64,000 nucleotides of DNA from Rickettsiales bacterium UBA4270 (GTDB lineage Bacteria; Pseudomonadota; Alphaproteobacteria; Rickettsiales; Deianiraeaceae). The DNA is taken from contig DGWA01000011.1 of NCBI GenBank assembly GCA_002395105.1, forward strand, positions 9,840 to 73,839. Reading direction: 5' to 3'. Under the pieces are notes generated by a model. The model was not told the origin of the DNA, made no database searches, and worked only from the letters and a program-made list of their open reading frames with translations. The position numbers were made by a program, and so were the translations under genes. Each line of letters opens with the position of its first letter. The first letter of the stretch is position 1. Shown here piece by piece: positions 1 to 6,581 of this stretch.

Positions 1-239
1 AACAGAAATTGCCTGTGGTTGATGCTAAACATCTCGAAGAAACAACAATGCAAGTTAGTATTGCTATAAATGGTAAGTTTAAGATTTGCATAACTCTTGA
101 TAAAAACTTGGATCAAGATGCTATTATAGCAGAAGCAAAAAAGCAGGAAAAAGTAGCTAATGCACTTGCTGGAAAAGATGTCAAAAAAGTCATTGTTGCA
201 AATTCAAAAGCCGGCAAGATGGTGAATTTTGTGATTTAA
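1..239 (+). CDS. leuS: Leucyl-tRNA synthetase, C-terminal end (5' partial, continues upstream of the window)
   Basis: The frame is open from the window edge. The tail '...VSIAINGKFKICITLDKN...DVKKVIVANSKAGKMVNFVI*' matches the conserved LeuRS C-terminal pattern, e.g. E. coli '...VNGK.R..I.V......KVIYVPGKLLNLVV'. Confidence 0.75.
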   Translation, partial: QKLPVVDAKHLEETTMQVSIAINGKFKICITLDKNLDQDAIIAEAKKQEKVANALAGKDVKKVIVANSKAGKMVNFVI

Positions 240-244
240 ATATT

Positions 245-1075
245 ATGAGTGATAGATTTTGTGAAAGTATAATAGTTGATTGTCCTAATTGTAGAGCGAG
301 TAAAGTTAGGCATCATTGTTATTATTTAATTGATAAATATCGCTATACTAATCATTATGATGATCATGGTAACAAGCACGAAAATTTTGAATCGTTCAAT
401 AATAGTTATCTACATGAATTATCATTAGATTTATTAAAAAGTAATTCACTTTCTTTTGATGAACTTTCTTTTTTGATGAACTTTCTTTTGATGGACTTTC
501 TTTTGATAAACAATATGTTGTTGAAATAATATGTAATAATTGTTTTTATAAAAGATTAGTCATTTTAAATGATAAACTTAATAATATTAAAAAAACAATA
601 TATCCAATTTTGCCAGATGGTGAGCCACTGCCAGATTGTATTTCAGAAGACGTAAGAAAAGATTTTGACGAAGCCAGATTGATAGTGAATTATTCTGTTA
701 GATGTGCTGTTGGTTTGTTAAGAATTTGTAGTGAAAAACTATGCTTTTATAGCAGATAAATACATAACTGATAAAAATATAAAAAAAGAAATAAAGAAAA
801 AACAAAAACACTTAAAAGCAAAAATAGATTTGCTTGTTAAATATAGGAATTATTTTTCATTTATTAATGAAGAATATATTAAAAAACTCGAAGTTGTTAA
901 AGATGCTGGCAATATTTTATTACATTCAAGAGAAATTTCAGATGAATATACAAAAAAAGATTTTGATACACTATGCACTATAATAACTGCTATTTGCAGG
1001 ACTATTGAAACAGAAGAAAAAAATGATAAAGAAATAAATGCTTTGAACAAAAAAAATGATAATAATCAAAAATAA
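245..1075 (+). pseudogene. DUF4145-family protein (zinc-ribbon N-terminus plus DUF4145 helical domain), broken by two frameshifts
   Basis: Three consecutive ORF pieces lie in different frames. Piece 1 is 245-529 ('CPNC' ribbon half). Piece 2 is 463-759, read by hand as '...CNNCFYKRLVILNDK...LPDCISEDVRKDFDEARLIVNYSVRCAVGLLRICSEKL'. Piece 3 is 731-1075 ('...KIDLLVKYR...LEVVKDAGNILLHSRE...'). Joined, they read like one DUF4145 protein (EA....a....R..lE ... GN..aH pattern). Confidence 0.5.
448..509 (+). repeat. Four-copy tandem repeat, unit about 15 bp (ACTTTCTTTTGATGA); copy 2 carries two extra T
   Basis: Read directly. The units are 448-462, 463-479 (17 nt, T6 instead of T4), 480-494 and 495-509. 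It encodes repeated LSFDE-like pentapeptides. The +2 nt in copy 2 coincides with the first frameshift of the DUF4145 gene. Confidence 0.85.
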
Positions 1076-1199
1076 AAAACACAAATCCGCAAAGAAGAAC
1101 TCGATGATGTGATAAATTATTTTGCAAAACAGAATGAAAAATTAAAACAAAAAAATCTAACAAATCGACTAAATTTTACATCAAACTTATCTAAGTTAA

Positions 1200-4100
1200 T
1201 TATAATATCAATTGGCTTGTTATAACAAAACACATTCTTTTAAAATGTTTTTGCTCTTCTTCTGTGAAAATTCTGTCTTTCCTTTTTTTTAGATATTCTT
1301 GAACTAGTTTATATGAACCAATTTTAAACATCCACAAACACTCTGGTATAACCAAGTATTGATATTTATTAATCCATACTCTACAAGCTGGAAAAATAGT
1401 GCTATTATTATCTTGCTTTCTAATACAACAGTTGTTATCAAAACTACACTTATCAAAGCCACAACCATCAAAACAACAACTAATGTTTAAGTTTTCTACT
1501 TTCTCCATCTTAACATTTTCTATCTTGTTTTTACAATCTGATGCTTGATGTTTATCCTCTAAAACACAAGCATGTTTGATTGCTTTGGTGTCGTCATTAT
1601 CTTTATCTGTTTCGTTATACAAAAGAGATAAAGCTTCAAAATCCACACACTCAAACTTCTCTACATCAGCCACCTCCATCAGATGAAGATGTCTTAATGT
1701 TTCTCCTCGTTTAGCATATTCAAAAAACTCATCTACACTCTCAGGATAAGGAACTCTTGGGAAACCCATTTCTAAGAATACTTTATATTTGTTTCTGTAT
1801 TCTTTATCATTTAGTATTCCATATATATAATCAAACAAATGAAGTTCATTGAACTTGGTTTTGTCTGTATATTTGTTCCAAAAACCACTAACACGAAGGC
1901 CATTGTGAAAGCCAGCAAAGGCGTCATTGTCGCTTTCAACAAAAGGTATTCCAAGTTTTTCACTGAATTTTTTCAACAAGCTTGGTGAAAAGTTTACGTG
2001 GCGGTGTGCTATAAACTCGCTTGGTTGAGAGCTAGCAGCACTTAGGTCAGCCTGTTTATAAACGCCAGCAGCATTGGTTGCTTGTCGGTTGATTGCACCC
2101 CCGCCAGCTTCGCTGGCGGTGCCGGCCGTTCCGGCGGGATTTGTTTGGTTTGTGAAGGTGTAGAGGGGAAAAATACTATCGCCACCGCAAGAAAAATGCA
2201 TGTCAACAAGTTTGTTAACAATAAAACAATCTATACTATATATTTTTGATGCTATAATGAATATGTTGTTTTGATTTATAAATTGTCTCATTGTGTTTCC
2301 TGACGGACAACAATAGAAACCCTTATAGCCAGTATAACAAGTCCATCTATCGTCAAAAACACGATAAGAATATTTCATAATATAATTTTTATTTTTTATC
2401 AAATCTTTTTTAGCGCTTTTAATTGACCAACAATATTCAGTTTGAATATTATATTTTTCTTTTATCTCTTCTTCTTTTAAAGATTTAAAATCGTTAACAA
2501 TATTCTCGATTTTCTCTTTTTCAAATTTTACAGTTAAATCATCTTTTTTACTAAGACAACCGACGTTACTTGTTGAAAACAAATTTTTTATATTAAACAT
2601 CTTCAACCATTCTTCCTCGCCAGTTCTATCTTTCGGTTTGAATAAGTAATTTTCATTTCCATCTGGTATCCACTCATTGTCAAATTGAACAGGTTTATGG
2701 TTGTTAAAATCTAAGTAATCTGATGTACTATTATTTTCAGAAGTTTTAAAAATATCATGCTCAATAAGCCACATAAACTTATCATATCTAGCACCAATTA
2801 AATCTTTGTAATGGACCGTCGCTAATGGTTTTGTGTAAGTTTTGTTGTTTTGTTTTGCTGTGTATATATCTTCATCATGGGGCTTTTTGACGAAGATGGA
2901 AATGGCTACACCTTGCATTATGTTAAATGGATTTTGATCGTTGTTGTTTTTCATTAGATCTTTGTCACGTCTTGCATCACCATGAAGATTAAAGATATAG
3001 ATATCATCAAATGTTTTAAGCAGATGTTTTCTCATGCCACGATGGGTACAACCATCAAGATAGGAGTTGTTGGTTATGAACGAAAGAATGCCTCTATCGT
3101 TCTTTTCAATATAGTTCTCACCATATCTTATGAATTTAACATAGTCATCTGAAAGAGGCTTGATGTTTTTTTCTCCTTCTAAGAGGTTGATTATTTTATT
3201 TCCATTTTTATCTTTTTCATACTTATAATCTTCAAGCAGGCCCATTATCCACTTACCTTTATTCATTGTTGAAGCATTATACGGCGGATTTCCCATTACA
3301 ACCATAATGTGTTTTTGTTGCTTGATTTTACGAGCCATTGTACCTTCACGTTCAATGATATCACCAAAAAGATCTTGTGTTGCACTTGTGTCTGTTGAAT
3401 CATTCCAGTCATCAAGAGAGTTAGTAAGAAATATGTTTGGATTAAATTTATTATTATCTTTGTCTGCTATATGGTAGCCAGAGTATTTTTCTATTGCTTC
3501 GTTTATGTTGTTTGTCTTGCAAAATCTCTTCCAAATAAACCCTTTCAGGAGGAGTTTTTTATCTTGCGGATCTGGAAAAATATTATTGTTTTTAATATAT
3601 TCTGAAATAAAATTTGCAGCATTTGTACCAAATTGTTGAAGTATCATATCTATCTGTAAATGAGCTAAGACATACGGACACATCATTATCTCAAAAGCAT
3701 TAATATTCTTTAAAAGATGTTTTTCTACAAAAGAACTCCACTGATTATATTTACCAGTTTTCATGAATTTTTCAAATGCCAATCTTATGTATTCAACAAC
3801 AAAAGTTCCTGTTCCAGTAGCTGGATCAAGAACTTGAACTTGTGGTTGTGATTCAACTGGTTTGCCAAATTTGTCAATCTTTCCCTCTTTATTATAACCA
3901 ACTTCATCTGTGTTAATTATCCCATCTTTAATGTTAAAAACATTGATTAAAATTAAGTCTATCTGCCTAACTATGAAATCAACAATTGGTTGAGGAGTAT
4001 ACCAAACGCCCATTTCAGCTCTGAGTTTTGGGTCATATTTTTCAAGAAATGTCTCATAGAATTCAATAATTGCCGTAGAAGTTTTATTCTTTCTAGCAAA

Positions 4101-4781
4101 ATCATCAAGTATCTTAACAACGTCTGTTTGAGCCATCATTTCGATTGTTTTATTTATTATTAGTTTTATTTTTTCATCCATATAAAATGGATTGTTTTGT
4201 GTGTAAAAAAGCTGTTGTAGAAAGCTATTTGATGCTGGTATGTTTTCAACAATTCTTTCAAATTTGAAGTCTTTTTTGTCTTTGTCGCCATAGTATAGTT
4301 TAGCTATAAATATGCCATAGATTGTCATTTGTGCCTTGATGTCTGCAAATTCTTCTTTTGTTGTGTCGTTCTTTAAATTTTTCTTTATTTGTTGTAGTTC
4401 GTTTTCTATTACGTATGAATTTTGTTTATCAAATAACTTTAATATTTCATCTCTTAATAATTTAGCTTGTTTAGCCATCCTGAACGATAAAGTATCGGCA
4501 CTTGTTATTTTTGTTGTATAATTGAGGAATTCCACTAAGATATCATAAAAATTTTCAAAATTTTCTGGAAGTATTTTAATCTTATTATTTACTAACTCTC
4601 CAATTTTAGCTGATCTTATTTCATTTTGTTTATAGTACCATCTCCATTCAAGGAAGTTAGTGATTAATATGTTTTCATATGTTTGTTTATATTTATTGAA
4701 TTGTTCTTGAAAATCTAAATCATCAAGATCTTTGTCTATGTCTTTTGCTTCAATTATTCCTACATCACATAGGCCTTTCAT
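1200..4781 (-). CDS. Type IIG / type ISP-like N6-adenine DNA methyltransferase with C-terminal specificity region; the 5' end is out of frame (see 4903-4968)
   Basis: 1193-aa ORF. SAM motif I 'VLDPATGTGTF' lies at about 3802-3830. Motif IV 'GNPPY' has NPPY at 3279-3290. The C-terminal 'FPLY...NFSPSLLKKFSEKLG...GFPRVPYP' pattern is typical of type ISP/IIG C-terminal domains. 'IEAK' right after the annotated Met is the ExK half of a PD-(D/E)xK nuclease motif. Confidence 0.8.
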   Translation of the reverse strand: MKGLCDVGIIEAKDIDKDLDDLDFQEQFNKYKQTYENILITNFLEWRWYYKQNEIRSAKIGELVNNKIKILPENFENFYDILVEFLNYTTKITSADTLSFRMAKQAKLLRDEILKLFDKQNSYVIENELQQIKKNLKNDTTKEEFADIKAQMTIYGIFIAKLYYGDKDKKDFKFERIVENIPASNSFLQQLFYTQNNPFYMDEKIKLIINKTIEMMAQTDVVKILDDFARKNKTSTAIIEFYETFLEKYDPKLRAEMGVWYTPQPIVDFIVRQIDLILINVFNIKDGIINTDEVGYNKEGKIDKFGKPVESQPQVQVLDPATGTGTFVVEYIRLAFEKFMKTGKYNQWSSFVEKHLLKNINAFEIMMCPYVLAHLQIDMILQQFGTNAANFISEYIKNNNIFPDPQDKKLLLKGFIWKRFCKTNNINEAIEKYSGYHIADKDNNKFNPNIFLTNSLDDWNDSTDTSATQDLFGDIIEREGTMARKIKQQKHIMVVMGNPPYNASTMNKGKWIMGLLEDYKYEKDKNGNKIINLLEGEKNIKPLSDDYVKFIRYGENYIEKNDRGILSFITNNSYLDGCTHRGMRKHLLKTFDDIYIFNLHGDARRDKDLMKNNNDQNPFNIMQGVAISIFVKKPHDEDIYTAKQNNKTYTKPLATVHYKDLIGARYDKFMWLIEHDIFKTSENNSTSDYLDFNNHKPVQFDNEWIPDGNENYLFKPKDRTGEEEWLKMFNIKNLFSTSNVGCLSKKDDLTVKFEKEKIENIVNDFKSLKEEEIKEKYNIQTEYCWSIKSAKKDLIKNKNYIMKYSYRVFDDRWTCYTGYKGFYCCPSGNTMRQFINQNNIFIIASKIYSIDCFIVNKLVDMHFSCGGDSIFPLYTFTNQTNPAGTAGTASEAGGGAINRQATNAAGVYKQADLSAASSQPSEFIAHRHVNFSPSLLKKFSEKLGIPFVESDNDAFAGFHNGLRVSGFWNKYTDKTKFNELHLFDYIYGILNDKEYRNKYKVFLEMGFPRVPYPESVDEFFEYAKRGETLRHLHLMEVADVEKFECVDFEALSLLYNETDKDNDDTKAIKHACVLEDKHQASDCKNKIENVKMEKVENLNISCCFDGCGFDKCSFDNNCCIRKQDNNSTIFPACRVWINKYQYLVIPECLWMFKIGSYKLVQEYLKKRKDRIFTEEEQKHFKRMCFVITSQLIL
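1995..2140 (-). other. GC-rich, hairpin-containing in-frame patch inside the methyltransferase gene
   Basis: It encodes 'NPAGTAGTASEAGGGAINRQATNAAGVYKQADLSAASSQPSEFIAHRH'. Codons end in G/C far more often than elsewhere (aat ccc gcc gga acg gcc ggc acc gcc agc gaa gct ggc ggg...). Perfect hairpins are CCGCCAGC-ttc-GCTGGCGG (2101-2119) and GCCGG-ccgtt-CCGGC (2121-2135). Confidence 0.7.
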
Positions 4782-4902
4782 TACTGTAAAATCAGGCCTT
4801 CCCGGATCTTTATTTGTTTTTTCAACTATAATTTTACACTCACATTTTAGTTTTTCAAAAATGCTGTTAAACAGCTCTTCTACAATTGGATAATAAGAAC
4901 GT

Positions 4903-4968
4903 TCAACACTCCCCCCCCCCAGGAACGTTTAATTTACTAGATATTCCATCGAGGTATTTATTTATCAT
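4903..4968 (-). pseudogene. Out-of-frame 5' segment of the type IIG restriction-modification gene (true N-terminus, ATG at 4968)
   Basis: ATG 4968 reads 'MINKYLDGISSKLNVPGGGEC*' with the tract at 10 G. Removing one G gives MINKYLDGISSKLNVPGGGSVERSYYPIVEELFNSIFEKLKCECKIIVEKTNKDPGRPDFTV, fused in frame to MKGLCDVGIIEAKD... This reconstructs about 1255 aa and supplies the 'PD' half of PD...ExK. Confidence 0.65.
4911..4920 (-). repeat. Homopolymer C10 (G10 on the coding strand) inside the 5' end of the restriction-modification gene
   Basis: Counted directly: exactly 10 C, flanked by t (4910) and a (4921). Such a run is highly unusual in this AT-rich sequence. Confidence 0.95.
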
Positions 4969-4981
4969 TTTCACTTTTAAC

Positions 4982-5009
4982 AAGTTAAAAAATAAAATAC
5001 TATTGTCAA
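4982..5009 (-). promoter_or_regulatory. Candidate promoter for the restriction-modification gene (TTGACA-N16-TAACTT on the minus strand)
   Basis: The minus-strand TTGACA is the reverse complement of 5004-5009. TAACTT is the reverse complement of 4982-4987. The ATG lies at 4968. The -10 is weak and -10-like hexamers are common in AT-rich DNA. Confidence 0.25.
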
Positions 5010-5046
5010 ATTTTGACTTTTATAATTAATAGCTAATTCTTTTTAT

Positions 5047-5487
5047 ATGAAAAAATTAAGAATTTGTTTATCTTTTATATTTTCTGGATTTTGTTGCGCA
5101 ATAATCGGTACTGCATTTTATATGGCAAGTAGTTATATTCCTTCGTTAAAACAACAATATTCAAATGCAGATATATTCTTTCAAAACATTAATCCAAGAG
5201 ATTTTCTTTATGGCTTAGAACCATTTATTCTGTCATTAGTTTTATTAACTATGTTTCTATTTTTTAAGAATTGCTATTTTTTTAAAAAAAAATTAACAAA
5301 CATTCTTTCTATATCACTATTTTTTGGATTATTATTTTCTTTACTAATTTTGCCAGTATTTATATTGTTATTCGCGATGATTAAAATTTCCTTAAATGTC
5401 ATTCTATATTGGCTTTTGCAAAGATTTTGCCAAGCTTTCATTTGTGGAATAATTTATTCAAAATCTATTAAGTATTGCTTTTTATAA
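5047..5487 (+). CDS. Hypothetical multi-pass membrane protein
   Basis: 146-aa ORF with several long hydrophobic stretches (IFSGFCCAIIGTAFYMA, FILSLVLLTMFLFF, LFFGLLFSLLILPVFILLFAMI). No recognisable family. Confidence 0.45.
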   Translation: MKKLRICLSFIFSGFCCAIIGTAFYMASSYIPSLKQQYSNADIFFQNINPRDFLYGLEPFILSLVLLTMFLFFKNCYFFKKKLTNILSISLFFGLLFSLLILPVFILLFAMIKISLNVILYWLLQRFCQAFICGIIYSKSIKYCFL

Positions 5488-5512
5488 TTTTCAATTAGAT
5501 ATTATTTGTTTT

Positions 5513-6421
5513 ATGAATTTTAAGAAAATTATCATTTCAGCATTTGTTATCTTTGTTCCGATGTGGATTTTAGCATATATTTTTGCATATATTTTTTTTA
5601 CAAGCGATTTTTGTAACAGAACTTGGCCTCATGATTACAATAACAAACACTGTATTCGTTACGGAAATAAGTTTTTTCGTATTTTAGAACAAAACCCTAT
5701 AATAAGCGTATACACACACAACAGGATTATGAAAAATGATGTTTTACATCAGAAATATGTAAATCAAGTTTATGAGATTTTAGCCTTTATTGATTATGTT
5801 TTTACAAAGTACAATATGAAATACGTATTAGAATTCGGAACTGAACTTGGTGCAATAAGACATAAAGGTTTTATTCCATGGGACGATGATATAGATATAG
5901 TTTTGTTTGAAAATGAAGAAAAAGTTGCGCAAGCTTTTGAAAAAGAAATAAAAGCGAATAATCAAGAAAATAGATTTGTCTTTATAAGAGGAAGAGACAA
6001 TAAGCATTTATCAACGAAATGGCCAATAATAAGAATTAAAGATGGCATAGTTAATGATATGTTTAATAAGTATATTAAATGTAAATTTAATAATAAAGAA
6101 AAGTATTATCTTAGCTCAGATGGTACTTGTGGCAAAATTATTTATAAAAATTTTAGTTTTAGTTATAATGAAATTTTTCCTTTAAAAAAGTGTGTTTTTG
6201 GACCATTAAAACTGCCTTGTAAAAATAATGTAAAAGAAGCATTTAATTTTTACTACGGTGACGATTGGGAGCGTATATTATATACATCTAACCACACTCT
6301 CAACAAGAAAAGAAACAAAAAAATAGTTTTAACAAAAGAATTGCTAAAACCAGCTCTTCCTACAGACGATGCTTGGAAATATTGGGTAGATAAAAAAAAA
6401 TCATTAAATATAAAGAAATAA
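5513..6421 (+). CDS. LicD-family (fukutin-like) phosphotransferase with an N-terminal membrane anchor
   Basis: 'LEFGTELGAIRHKGFIPWDDDIDIVLFE' matches the LicD signature GTLLGAvRHkGFIPWDDDiDi. N-terminal hydrophobic helix 'IIISAFVIFVPMWILAYIFAYIFF'. Confidence 0.7.
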   Translation: MNFKKIIISAFVIFVPMWILAYIFAYIFFTSDFCNRTWPHDYNNKHCIRYGNKFFRILEQNPIISVYTHNRIMKNDVLHQKYVNQVYEILAFIDYVFTKYNMKYVLEFGTELGAIRHKGFIPWDDDIDIVLFENEEKVAQAFEKEIKANNQENRFVFIRGRDNKHLSTKWPIIRIKDGIVNDMFNKYIKCKFNNKEKYYLSSDGTCGKIIYKNFSFSYNEIFPLKKCVFGPLKLPCKNNVKEAFNFYYGDDWERILYTSNHTLNKKRNKKIVLTKELLKPALPTDDAWKYWVDKKKSLNIKK

Positions 6422-6459
6422 TACATAAAAATATACAAAATAAAACTTGACAATTATTA

Positions 6460-6469
6460 CCCCCCCCCC
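6460..6469 (+). repeat. Second homopolymer C10, intergenic
   Basis: Counted directly (c at 6460 plus nine c at 6461-6469, then g). It lies between TTGACA (6447-6452) and TAGACT (6472-6477), 22 nt upstream of ATG 6491. Confidence 0.95.
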
Positions 6470-6581
6470 GCTAGACTTTTGTAATATTTTATGAAATTAC
6501 AAAAACTTTATATTAAAAATTTTAGAGGTATTAAGGAAAACTATACAAGTTTATCAAAAATCAAAATATGCAAATTTTTAT

